From Octopus vulgaris (taxonomy: Eukaryota), in the NCBI GenBank assembly GCA_951406725.2, contig OX597814.1, positions 102,796,001-102,860,000 of the forward strand: a stretch of 64,000 nt of DNA, in the 5' to 3' direction. The position numbers and the translations under genes were made by a program. Below, piece after piece: positions 49,790-62,674 of this stretch (the first letter of the stretch is position 1; each line of letters begins with the position of its first letter). The notes beneath the pieces are model-generated. The model was not told the DNA's origin and did not search any database. It was given only the letters and a program-made list of their open reading frames with translations.

Positions 49790-50620
49790 TGTGTCAGCAT
49801 ATTGGCATAGTACTTTCTATTGATGGTGTGGCCCTTTTGAAGTAGCTTTTTGTATCCCAAAAACCTGAGACCATCACTTTCCCTGCAGATGAAATAACCT
49901 TGGCCTTCTTTGGAGCAGATGAGGAAGGATATTTCCACTGCATAGATTGTCTTTGGCTTAAAGTGATGAACCCAGCACTCATCATGGTTTTGAAAATGTT
50001 CACGGAGCCAGCTGGATTTGCCTCAAGCAATGTCAGATTTTCCCATTATATGATTGTTCTGGTGTTGATAAGGTGCCAGATGTGGCCCCCACCAAACAGA
50101 AACCTTCATTTAACAAGTTAATTGTGCAGAATATTCTCAACTCTCTCACAGGATATGCTAATAGCATTATCTATTTGATTTATATTCAATTGCTTGTCAT
50201 CCATTAGCATGTGGTGAATATGAGGGATATTTTCCTTGGTGGTGGCAATTTCAGGATGTCCAGAGCTTGGATTATCTTCCTAACTCTCCATTCTCCTCCA
50301 AAATTCAGCTGCCTACCTTTGCACTGTTGATAAAGCTGGACTGTCATCCCCTAATGTAGCAACGATCACAGCATGAAGGTCCTTGGAGGCGAAACCCTTT
50401 TTCTGCAGGTACTTGATAACACTACAATGCCAAACTTTGTTCATTTTCACGTGAAGTCACTACTAGTTACTTTTGAAGTCTTTCAACAATCAGATGTCAG
50501 TTACCTGGAACAAGACAATGCAATTTTTAATAAAAGGAGTTGAAATTAATGCATGCAAGATTTCACAGCTCTAATATAATTCCTTCATAGTCAGTCTATG
50601 AATTTTCCAACCCACCCATA
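49790..50620 (-). mobile_element. mariner element 5' portion
   Basis: TIR-like end near 50620, ATG at 50444, ...PSSSAPKKAKVISSAGKVMVSGFWD. Confidence 0.82.
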
Positions 50621-51229
50621 CACACACACATATATTGTTAAAGCACCATCCGAACATGGCTGATGCCAGTGCCCCCTGACTGGGCACCATGCCGGTGGCA
50701 TGTAAAAAGCATCCACTTCATTCTCGGAGTGGTTGGCATCAGGAAGGGCATCCAGCTGTAGAAACATTGCCAGATCAGATTGGAAACTAGTGCAGCTACT
50801 GACTCTCCAGACCTCAGTCAAACCATCCAACCCATGCCAGCATGGAAAACGGACGTTAAACGATGATGATGTGTAGTATATCAGTGCAGACATGGCTATG
50901 TGGTTAAGAAGTTTCATGTTCAGTCCTGCTGTAGAGCATCTTGAACAAGTGTCTTTTACTATTGTTCTGGTCTGAGCAAAGCCTTGTACACTTGATAGAC
51001 AGAAACTGAAAGTAGTTCTTTGTGTGTGTGTGTAGAAAGAAATAGTTTATTTTTGACCGGATACTTGTCCTGCAGATGCCTTACTCAGAATATAGCATCC
51101 ATAATGTTTCTCCCGGGCACAAAACCAAACTGCATCCCATCAAGGTTAATTCTCAATTAGTTGTGCAATGATCCTTTCTCTATGCATTTTGGCAGTGTGT
51201 ATCCATGTGTGTTTATATTCATATATATA

Positions 51230-51557
51230 TATATAAAATTCATGAGTAGGGCCGGAACAATGCAAAATAAATCCAAAGTAAATCACAAGAAAACAGGCAT
51301 ATGAATTAATGGTGACTTACCCTGCATTCAATATTTCAGGGTTGTGACCCCTGTTCAGGAATTAGCAAATGTTGCAAATGTAACCCTCCTCAGAATTCAC
51401 CAATTCTGAGGAGGTATTAGCTAATTCCTGAAGAGGGTGACATAACCCTGAAATATTGAATGCAGGGTAAGTCACCATTAATTCATATGCCTGTTTTCTT
51501 GTGATTTACCATGGATTTATTTCACATTGTTCCAGCCTTACTCATGAATTTTATATA
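51230..51557. repeat. Long inverted repeat (~135-bp arms) of Penelope pLTR-like sequence with an internal hairpin
   Basis: aaaattcatgagta...ggaattagc / gctaattcc...tactcatgaatttt; 13-bp stem at 51385-51414; (TA)n flanks. Confidence 0.85.
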
Positions 51558-51681
51558 ATATATTCTACACAATGCTTCATACTAACTATTCCATAATAAA
51601 ATAGGGTGTTAATAAATTATTATTACCAGTGGCCTAGCACAAAAAATGAATTAGTCATTAGACTATATATTATTCATATAG

Positions 51682-51894
51682 AAATACAATAAGAGGCTTC
51701 TAAATAGGAAAGCGTTGTGCTAGAAAGAGCAGTAGAAATCTCGACCACAAAAAAGGATAAATGTTTACCATCTCGAGATGGTAAACGTTTTTAATTTTCA
51801 TTCCTTTCGTGAATTATTCTTTTTTGTGGTCTTTAGATTTCTACTGCTCTTTCTAGCACAACGCTTTCCTTTTTGGAAGCCTCTTATTGTATTT
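51682..51894. repeat. Inverted repeat (~75-bp arms) with a 24-bp perfect internal palindrome
   Basis: aaatacaataagaggcttc...gaagcctcttattgtattt; gtttaccatctcgagatggtaaac at 51763-51786. Confidence 0.85.
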
Positions 51895-51994
51895 ATATAT
51901 ATATATATACTCCAGAGTAAGCACATAAATGTAAAATAAGGTGGGGGCAGAAGTTGTACTTGAATACTGGAAGTAGAGTAATATGCTTTATTAT

Positions 51995-52864
51995 TGTTAC
52001 ACCGCCGCCACTCAACTCAGGACCCTAAGACCCTAGGCCTTCCGGGTCGATAAAGGGCCCTAAGTTGGCGACGACGACTACGCTCAGTCAAATCGGAAAT
52101 CCACAACAGAAAGCGGGGGTGGGCAGCAAACGCAAGCCAGAAACCGAAGACAACAACAACAAAGAGAGACAGCGGAAGGCAGTTGCTTAGATTTAACAAT
52201 TTATATAACTTCACAAAATCAATCAAAACATTTCAAATACATTTACAAACAAAAGCATTTAACCACAAGGTTAACAGACATTTAACAGATCGTGCACAGA
52301 GTTAAAAAAAAGAACAATCAATGGCATTTAGCAAAATACAACGTCCAACAACAATCAAAACAATACAGAAGTTGGAGAACAATCGAAGCAAATAGTCTTT
52401 CTCTTTTCTTTTCACAGTCTCTTTCTCTTTCCTTTTCTCCTCCTTCCAACACAATGTTCTTTTTACAGTCTCTTAAAACTTCTTCCTTTTAGAAACACAT
52501 CTTACAGTTCTTTTTTTTTTCTTAATTTTCTTTTCAACAGACTATGTCACAGATTCCCCATATTTTTACAATCAAAACATCAAAGTTCAAAACACAAATC
52601 GAAACGTAAATAAACATTACCGGCACATATTCCATCGGCAACACTTTCTGAGCCCACTACAAATTTCAGCTTCTACTACAAATTTTCATCTCGCTAACTG
52701 ACCGTCTCTCGTACCTGTCCCTTCACTGTCATCTTCTTCACTACCTCTATCTGTCTCTCCCATCTTCATCTCCTGGCTGCTGGCTGTCTTCCTCACTTCA
52801 CCGTTGTCATCTCCTGGCTGGCTGTCCGCATTAATGTTTTCCCATTAATTTTACCTCCGTAACA
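51995..52864. mobile_element. Solo LTR (870 bp)
   Basis: TGTTAC...GTAACA termini, 4-bp TSD TTAT on both sides, CpG-rich relative to the flanks. Confidence 0.72.
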
Positions 52865-53723
52865 TTATTAATGGTCCCTATTCGTCAAACAGTTTTGATT
52901 GACGTTTATGTGCTTACACTGGTGTACCCCGTTCCTTTTTAAGAAAGTTTGAGCAACTCCCACGAGTAGGAAGAAGAATCGGTTATATATATATACATAC
53001 AGAGTTTCCATCTCTTAAATTTTACTCATCAGATATTGGTCTACTTGAGGCTACAGTAGAAAATATTTGTCCAAGGTACTTTACAGAGGGGTTGAATCTT
53101 GAACTACATGGTTGCTAAACAAACTTCTTTACCACATAGCTGTGTTTACTCTTAAAGAGAGAAGACAAAGACTTTTAGACATTTTCCTTATACTTATGAG
53201 AGTGAAAAAGTATTGTTACTAATATGTGCAACAATTAATGAAAATAAGCTATTATACAAGAGGAAAGTTTATCTATTACAACATGTAACTGTCATTTATT
53301 TGTGGACATTCTTCTATCAGTTGAATCATATGTAAACAATGTTAATTCAACTTGTATGCAAATGAAACCTATTTAGTCATGTGTTTGTCAACTGGAGACA
53401 CTATAATGGTAGATTACAGTGTTTAATGTTTTGAGTGAATTTTATTTAAAATATGATCACAAAAGGGTTAAGTATGAAAAAAAAACTTCAACTAAAAGCC
53501 TTCTTTTAGTAGTAATCACATTGCAGAAGTTTTATAATGATTATATAAAATTAGATATTAGATTGAACATGTTATATGCAAGTTGCTAAATTTTTGCACT
53601 TTCATATGAGTTCTTAAAGGTCATATTTAGTGGTTTAGGGGCTGAATATTGTGGTAAACAAAACTAGAAAAGAATGAATGTTGACAAGTATAAGAAGAAT
53701 GGAATTTTGGGTGAATAAAGAGT

Positions 53724-53853
53724 ATGATTCTAAAAGGTAGGCAATAAAATGAAAGATGGGTGGAGTAAAGAAAGTTGTGGAATAGACTGATTCTAAAAGG
53801 TAGGCAATAAAATGAAAGATGGGTGGAGTAAAGAAAGTTGTGGAATAGACTGA
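53724..53853. repeat. Exact tandem duplication of about 63 bp
   Basis: tgattctaaaaggtagg...gtggaatagac twice. Confidence 0.9.
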
Positions 53854-54953
53854 AATAAGTGATGGTAGGTGTGATATGTTTAGATTAATAAGACTGAAGA
53901 GTGCTGAGATAATATTGATTAGAGTGAGCATAAGGGAAATTCTATTGTGATGTATTTATGCTATTAAGGAATATGGATGTCAGGAAATCTCTGCAAGTTG
54001 ACCTGACTAAAAGCTCACCCTTTCAAAAGAAGCAGGAAAAGCAGAGTATTTCACAAGAAACTCAAAAATCTACAGAACAAAGTTATTAGGATAGATCAGA
54101 AAATAATAAATTCATACAACTAATGAATTAATAGAGCTGCCAGATGCCAAAGCATGTTGGAAGTACTTATGAAAATAATTAAGGGTGCATTTAGTTTGAC
54201 GAATTTATCACAACCTTGATTTATAATAAGCTTGGAATATTTGATGAAATAAGAAGTAATCTGTAAAAAATAATTAAGGGTAGCACCTTGCTGTATTTGA
54301 CACTAAGAATGTCGTTCAGAAAATACAGAAATAGGATTATTATCTGATAAAAATGACATCAAAAATAAACCAACCATTGAAAACTAAAGCGGCTGAACAT
54401 CAATGGTAACTTATTTAAATATGTGTCTGCTATGTTTACCACAAAGTTACATCCATCTTTAGTCTTTTTAGGGAATGGCTGTTACTTGTGGAAAGCAAAA
54501 AGAACGAAAGATATAATTTATCAACTCATAAAGATTATAGAGATTTTATGCAAGTGCTGAAAATTTAAGGCTAGGTTTTGCACAACTTTTTATTCTAATG
54601 AGTTTCTAAAAGTAAGGCTTCATATTTCTAAAGTAAAGGGTGTCTTCTTTTAATTAAAGATATTGTTTTATTATTATTATTATTTCTTTTTTGTTAGCAC
54701 TAACATTGCAAACTACAAAAGTTTGTAGCCTAAGCAGAAACAACTTAAAGTACTTGCTGGTAGCTAAAATTACAAAGTCTAAAATATGTAACAAGTAATA
54801 TCGTTCAGCTTATAAGAAAGTTATAGCTTGACATTATGTAGACAATACAACTTAGTTTAAGCTGTATTGTCAGTATTTCAGTCAGACTGACACCTCTACT
54901 GCACTGGGTTGACACAGTTGTAGGTACATGCAACTCAACCTTAAAATTATTGA

Positions 54954-54987
<34 letters not shown>

Positions 54988-57793
54988 TCTCTCTCTCTCA
55001 CTCACACACACACACACACTAGATATGCCTTATCTTCTTGGTTTAATGTTACTCATAATAGTATAGTGGTTTTAAAGTTATTTGCATAGTTCTGTTCTTG
55101 ATGACAAACTATTTTTCATTCACAGATGAGTTGCTTAGTAAAACATTTTAGTATATGCTGAAGCCTATATAGTTACAGTGTAGTTACACATTGCACTACT
55201 ATTATATTACTGTATTAATTTTTCATGGAGGCAAAGTGGCTGAGTTCCTTTCAAGTGTTGGACTTCATGGTAGCAAAGTGGCCGAGCTCCTTTCGAGCAT
55301 TGGGCTTCATGGAGGCAATGACCAAGATCTTTGGCATTATGTTGTGCTTGAGAAAAAGACCCATCAAGCCAAGCAAAATCGCAGTCGTGGCAGATGCCGG
55401 TGTCATGCAAATGGCAGCCATACCAGTGGCTTGTAAAAGCACCCATTAAACTCTCAGTGGTTGGCTTTAGGAAGGACATCCAGCCGTAGAAAGCCATGCC
55501 AAATCAGACTGGATCTTATCACAGTGTGCCAACCCAGTCAAACCGTCCAACCCATGCCAGCATGGACAACGGATGTTAAATGATGATGATGATTAAATGA
55601 GATTGGATATGTGATGACTACTCTCCTTATCTAGGGATGAGTTATTATTTTGACTTTTAACCTCAAATCAATTCTGATGAAGCAGACCCCTAATCAAAGA
55701 AATTCAAATTGTAACCACCCCATCTTTGGGGTGCATTTAGGACATTATCTAATGTGCCTTTTTTCCTTAATACTTTTGATACCAACATGCTAAGACTGCC
55801 CTTTGTTCTGTGATACAAACTCCCTGTTTTAAACTGATTGGAATTAATATCTTCCATCAAAATTTCCTGTTAATTTAAGCTCAAAGCATCAGTTAAATAA
55901 TGACAAAGTTATCTTACTAAATTCTTCTTTATTTTAAAAATTAATTGAAATAAAGGTACTGTATCTCAATAGAAATATGGTAACAAAAGATTAATATGTT
56001 GATGCATGTTTCAAGAGATATTTGTCTGTTTTTCTAGTTGATTGAGAAACTACCTAGAGGGTTCCTCACTGGTTTTTATAAGTTGATAAATATAACATTG
56101 TTCCTGTTCCTAGACTATCAGAGTTTGTACGCATTTCTGAACCTCCACATATAATATACACTATATAGTGTAGAGTTACAAGTCTTCTGGGTTAATTTCT
56201 TACTAGAATTTTTTTGTTTCACGTCCCTAGTTTAACTTTTAACATTTTGTTGAAAAAGATTATTGAATAAATTTAAGTCAAAAGCTCAACCCTGAAATAT
56301 ACAAGTAGAAAATAGTTTTAACTGGATTTGTTTATTCAAATGCTTTTTAGTATTTTGTGGTCAGGTTACTGTGAAAATTAGCTGTATTTTAGAAAAGAAT
56401 TTGTTTTTATTCTTATGCAGTTAGTAATTTCATCATCATCATCATTGTTTAACATCCACCTTCCATGCTGGCATGGGTTGGACAGCTTGACAGGAAATGG
56501 CCAAGCAGAAGACTGCGCCAGACTTCTGTGTCTACTCTGGCAGGGTTTTTATAGCTAGATATCCTTCTTAACACCAACCATCCCACAGAGCTAAAAATAA
56601 TGTGCATCTATGTTTGTTAATTAATTACATAATGAAAACTAGAACTAAACTCCAACAATGTCTCTGGTCATATTTTGAGCATGTACAGGTTACTACACTG
56701 TAATAAACCATTGTAATATCTTGATTGTATGGTTAAGAAGTTTAATTGAAAACCAGGTGACTTTAGATTCAGTCCCATTGCATGACACCTTCGGCAAGTG
56801 TCTTACCCTGGGCTAACCAAAGCTTTGTGAGGAAATTTGATAGATAGAATCTCGTATAATGTTGAGTCAGGGCTCCTTGATTACAGGAGAAGTGGTATCA
56901 ACAGGGGCTTTTCTTTTCTTGGAAATATAGTCAATTATTAATTCTTTCACCAATTCTAGATGTGAGATGAACTTTAAGTGTTTCTCAATTCAAAATACAT
57001 TTACTGATCATGTTGCATCTAAAAGAAACCAAAATATATATTTCCACCACATTTTGCTTTGTTTCTGCTCCCATACTAGATCTGCAGTTTGTATATTTTT
57101 GGATGAATTTTGGGGTATGTATAGTCAGACACACCTTTTTCTATTATTTCTAATCCTGATGGTGGCAAGCTGGTAGAATCATTGACATGCTGGGCAAAAT
57201 GCTTAGCAGCATTTCGTCCGTCTCCACATTCTTCTGAGTTCAAATTTTGCCAAGGTTGATTTTGCTTTTCATTTTTTTAAGGGTTGATAAAATAAGTACC
57301 AGTTGAATACAGGGGTTGATGTAATTGACTTACTCCCTCCCCCAAACTTACTGGCCTTGTGCCAAATTCTGAAATCAATATTACCAATCCTGTTAACAGT
57401 TCATAAAACTCTTGTTACCCTGCATATGTAAGTAAGAGTCTTGTAGTCACTCATCTTTGTGTGTTTGCAAAATTACTGGAAAACAGCTGAACGGATTTTC
57501 ACCAAATTGAGTAGGAATACTCATTGGGTGAGTGGCTCAAAATGATGAAAATTCGGTTTGATTATCTTCAAAACTGGTGGACAGATGAATCAAAATGTTT
57601 TGACTGTGCAGATTTTTTACAAAAGAAATTATGTGCATACAGGGTATGCATCGTTTTGGCATGTTTTCAACACAACAATCTATTACTTGCACATAAAAAC
57701 ATGTATTATGTTTATTAAATACTATTTAACTCTCACCAGATGGAGTACTTTTTTTGTTGATCTTACCATCACAGAACAGTACACAATACACAC

Positions 57794-58700
57794 ACTAGCA
57801 ATGTATCCCAGCATTGCCCAGGTGTTATGACCAACAGCCACATTGTATTATTTGTTCCTTTCTTGTGTGCAGAATTGGCACTGCTGATATATAGTGAACT
57901 GGATTACTGGCGTAATGGAAGTTATTGTTTGTTTAAAAGTGAAGAGTGTGGGTATAATTTGCATGGGTTTGCATGAAAGTGCTTTCTGTTCTTAAGAAGG
58001 GTCACAAACTATGTATTGTTTCATTGTATAAAAGGAAATTAATACGATTTTGTCCAGAAATCATGTTTTCAAAATTTTAATTTCTCCCCATCCACATTGC
58101 AATTTCTTAATTTGTAAGTTAAAAAAAAATTTTTTTAATCCATGTAGAAAACACAGAGATTACGAATCTGGGAAATATATATATTTTTAAAAGTTTTTCT
58201 TCAGGAAATACTCAATGCCCCTTTCCCCACCTTGCTTGCCCCATCACCTACCCACTTTCAAAAAGCTAAAACCTCCCAATGTTTCACTTTCATCTGATGT
58301 TTCATGCTTACGTAGAATCACACTGAAATAGCAGACGTAAAAAATACCAGATCATTACCAGAAAACCTAACATGCTACAATCAACAGCTAAACAACATTA
58401 TTTCTGTAGAAACTTCCCTGCTTTCCAAAAAGCTAAAAGTGAAACATTGGGAGTTTGTAGCTTTTTGAAAGGGGTGATGTGATGGGTGAATGTTGAGGAA
58501 GGAGATTTTAGTGTTTCTTTTAGAAAATAGGAAGAAGAAAATTCTTAAAGATTTATACTTTGTTTTTTCTCCATGGATTATCGAGAAAAAAATCAGAAAA
58601 AAGTTTTAAAAAAATTAAGAAACCGGGTTGGGGAGGGAGAAAATTAAAATATTGAGAACATGTTTTTTGAGTGAAATCCTATTCTCCTGTATCAAAGTGT
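57794..58700 (-). mobile_element. Non-autonomous Helitron-like element with internal inverted repeats
   Basis: Minus-strand hairpin+CTAG end at about 57794; imperfect inverted blocks 58045-58290 versus 58435-58690. Confidence 0.45.
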
Positions 58701-58778
58701 CCAGCCCATGTTAGCATGGAGAGCAGACATTAAATGATGATGGTGATATTCTCATTCACATAACATCTTTATATATGT

Positions 58779-59455
58779 TATCATCATCATCGTTTAACAT
58801 ATGCTTTCCATGCTAGCATGGGTTGGACGGTTTGACCAGGGTCTGAGAAGCCAGGAGGCTGCACCAGGCCCAGTCTGATCTGGCAGTGTTTCTACAGCTG
58901 GATGCCCTTCCTAACACCAACCACTCCGTGAGTGTAGTGGATGCTTTTTACGTGCCAGGCAAGGCTGGCAATGGCCACGATCGGTTGGGCTTATTACGTG
59001 CCACCGGCATGGAGGCCAGTCGAGGCGGCGCTGGCAATGGCCACGTTCGGATGGTTCTTTTATGTGCCACCAGCACTGGTATCACAACTATGATTTCCAT
59101 TGATTTTTGATCGATTTCAATATCACTTACCTCAACAGGTCTTCGTAAGCAGATTTTTGTGTCCCAAGAAGGAAAGGTATGCAGAAGTGAACTGGCTACA
59201 TCCCAGGTAGAGGCCACGGGTTATGGTCTCACTTGTCCTGCCGGGTCTTCTCACGCACGGCATACTTCCAAAGGTCTCAGTCACTAGTCATTGCCTTGGT
59301 GAGACCTAATATTCAAAGGTCGTGCTTCACCACCTTGTCCCAGGTTTTCCTGGGTCTACCGCTTCTACAGGTTCCCTCAACTGCTAGGGTGTGGCACTTT
59401 TTCACACAACTATCTTCATCCATTCTTGCCACATGACCATACCAGCGCAATCGTT
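58779..59455 (-). mobile_element. RTE LINE 3' end
   Basis: Closely similar, in inverted orientation, to 42560-43201. Confidence 0.9.
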
Positions 59456-59994
59456 GCTGGTAAACAATATTTTGAAAACAAGTATTTAATTTCATATAGA
59501 TGTTTGTGTGTGGGGGGGTGAGAGAGAAACTGATAAGTAAATACAATTTATGATAAAAATTTGCAGTTTTATTTTGAGTAAAATATCAGTGTCTTTCAGA
59601 GCAAAATCTATGAAGGTTGTTTGCATGCTTTTCTGCCTCTGACTGTTGCTCACTCCCACTCCATTTGTTATTTTACTCTTCTTTCCACAAACCATGACCA
59701 ACAGGGCACAAATAGCATTTTATCATAAGTATATATATATATAAATATATATCCATGTATGAGTGTGTGTATATAGGTATATGTATATTCACACATGTTC
59801 AAGTGTATGTCATCATTTTTTTAATGTCCACTTTTCCTGCTTGCATACATCAAAGATTATTGAGGCCTATTCTCTCTCTCTCTCTGTATATATATATATA
59901 TGACTATCATCATCCTCATTTTATGTCCATTTTCCATATATTCTTTTTCCAGACTGGTTTGTTTGTCTCTCTGAATTCTTGTTGTTTCAAGTAA

Positions 59995-60545
59995 TTAACA
60001 ACCAACCTATGTTGAGGACTACATTCGCCACCTGGGAAGGACATTGCATTTATCTATCATGCATTCTGGAGAGAATGTAGTCCATCTGGCTTGTGTGCAA
60101 ACCAGATCATAAGTAGTGAAGTGATTGACCATTTCCTGAATTTAGTGTTGCAGATCATTAGGTCATTTACTTCACAAAACTCCAAGACTCTTCTTCCCTC
60201 CTCAGTTTGTGAACCAAATCCATCACTGTTGTTTGTCAAAATGATCTTTTTGTTCATCCTGCTATCCCAATTATATAGGCATACACAAAGTTACTTTTGT
60301 ATTTTCCAAGGCTAGTCTAATTATTGTATCACATTCTGACTGTCTCAATCACTTTATCCACCCATTTCTCTGGCCACACTTCTTACACTATCACTATTGC
60401 TTTTCCAGATGCTATATCTGTTTTGTGACAAGTCAGGCTGAGATTCCTCTTTGTCTTATCTTTTGCATGCAGTATGTCTCCATTCTAGCTTTGCAACAAT
60501 TTCACCAGACCTATCTTCCAACATATCTATGTTGACTGTGGTTTC
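59995..60545 (-). mobile_element. RTE endonuclease-region remnant
   Basis: GFGSQTEEGRRVLEFCEVNDLMICNT. Confidence 0.75.
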
Positions 60546-60747
60546 TGTACGGATGTGAACAAGCAGCAAAGAGCAAGTAGGGAGCTGAATAACAGTATTC
60601 AAGATATTTGCCTGCAGGCAAACTGTTCTTGCACATTACCAGTTTCATGAATAATATAACCTCTCAACTGAACCGCTGCTTTCACAGACCCTCAAATTTT
60701 CATGGCCAACTAGATAGAGAAGAAAAGAAAAGGATAAATATATATAT

Positions 60748-60880
60748 CCTTTCTGTTGAAGAGTGTAGGCTCGAAATGTAAAAGACTTTCTCACTTCCCG
60801 AGCGTTAAACTAATACATCTATTTGTTGTTTACACACCTGTCTTCGTCTTTTTTTTTTTTTTTTTGTAAATTTTCACTCT
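60748..60880 (+). mobile_element. Penelope pLTR fragment with hammerhead-like core
   Basis: ctttCTGTTGAAGAGTGTAGGCTCGAAATGTAaaag; homologous to the tail of the GIY-YIG-bearing fragment near 15370-15495. Confidence 0.7.
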
Positions 60881-60924
60881 CTCTCTCTCTATATATATTA
60901 TATATATATACACACACACACACA

Positions 60925-61151
60925 CAGGATGGCCCAAAAGTAGGTTTACAGTTATTCAACTATCTTTTTAGCTTTCATATATTAACAGTTTAGATCTTAA
61001 TTATAAAAAAATATGAAATTATTCTATGCTAATTTAGTTAATTTTACCAATCTCCCTTTTTAGTTTGTAAAATAGAAATTCAAATAAAATGTTTTAAAAG
61101 AAATTTAAAGTGCCTACATGATAACTGTAAACCTACTTTTGGGCCACCCTG
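60925..61151. mobile_element. Tc1/mariner-type MITE
   Basis: ~31-bp TIRs CAGG(A/G)TGGCCCAAAAGTAGGTTTACAGTTAT; right end followed by TA, left end in a (CA)/(TA) tract. Confidence 0.85.
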
Positions 61152-62329
61152 TATATATATATACTTCTTTTTTATTTCCATTTCTTTCTCCTCTTTCTTC
61201 TTTTTCCTTTTATTTTATAACATTTCTCTTCCACAGTCATATCTTGACAGGAATCCTATGTATAGATGTGTAAATTCCATCATTTCCTTTAGTCATAATT
61301 TTCTGAAGACCCTGTGTGCCAACAGGCAAAACTCAGAGTAGCAAGAAACTGACTCAACCAAAAAATAAAATACAAATATAGCAAGACACTTGCTTCTGCC
61401 TCTGTATTTCTCTGTCATGCTCTAACATCATCTGACACTGGGTCACCTCCTCCAATGACCCCTCCGTTATAGCAAGACACCTGTTTCTGTCTCTCTGTCA
61501 CATTTTAATCTTTCATCTCCTGACACAAGTTCCCCTCCTCAAACACTTCAGCCCCTCTCAAAATTCCTTGTTTTGCAAGTTACTTTGTGACCATTCCAGT
61601 GCTGGTGCCACGTAAAAAGCATCCAGTCCACACTGTAAAGTGGTTAGCATTTGGAAGGACATCCGGCTGTGCTAGTGCCACATAAAAGCACTGAATTCAC
61701 TCTGCAGAGTGATTGGTGTTAGGAAGGGCATCCAGCCATAAAAACTCTGCCAAAATAGACACAGTAGCCTGGAGTAGTCTTCTGGCTTGCTGGCTCCTGT
61801 CAACCATCCTACCCATGTATGCATAAAAGATGGACATTAAATGATGATGGTGATGATGGCATATGCACATAGATGTAGGCATGGCTGTATGATAGTGTAG
61901 CTTTGCTTCCAAGCTATGTGGCTGTGGCCTTGGGTTCAGTCCCACTGTGTGACACCTTGGGCAAGTATCTTCTACTATAGGACAAATCAAAGCCTTTTGA
62001 GTGGTTTTCATAGACAGAAACTAAAAGAAGCCCATTATGTATGTATATATGTGCATGTGTGTGGATCTTTTCTGTTAGGCTCACACTTTTCAATTCCTTT
62101 AATTTTGTTCCAGTTGATTTCAAATTTGGTATATTGATGTAGCTTTGTATGCTAATTATGGAAATTCATTTTTGCCATAAATTAATAATCAAAAAGTTAG
62201 CAGCTTTTAAACTCTGCAAATTTTGGGAAATTTTACCCAATTGAAATCCACATACACATTGGTGTCTGTTTCCATAGTAACAAGCAAAGGTATAGTCTGC
62301 TTGCCACTGCACAGCTCTTGATTACAACA

Positions 62330-62478
62330 GCTATATTGATGGAATATGTATGGAGGATCTTTTCTGCAACCCATTCAGATTGGTGGTCTTGAGATAGATA
62401 AAACACTCTTCTCAAGATGTAAATACAACTGAGGAAGGGTGCTAACTGAGCAATGGGTTTTTGGAAGACTGTGCCTAC
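62330..62478 (+). pseudogene. Merlin/IS1595-like transposase fragment
   Basis: QIGGLEIDKTLFSRCKYN*GRVLTEQWVFGRLC matches the IGG..EIDES.F..RKYNRGR....WVFG motif. Confidence 0.75.
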
Positions 62479-62674
62479 ACCTTCATGTTTTCTTTATGTG
62501 GCGCCATGTTGAATCACAACAGACTGTAGGAATGCGTATGTCAGTTGATTCTTTCAGGAACACGCGGTGAGTGGAAAGTGCATGAGCATGTGTAAAACAA
62601 ATAAACAATGCTGTGGCACCCACTATTATATGGTTGACTTACATCTCTGCAGGTTTATGTGATGCAGGAGATAC

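Noticed and set aside
53635-53931. 98-aa hydrophobic ORF
   Set aside because: Produced by a ~63-bp tandem duplication in purine-biased sequence.
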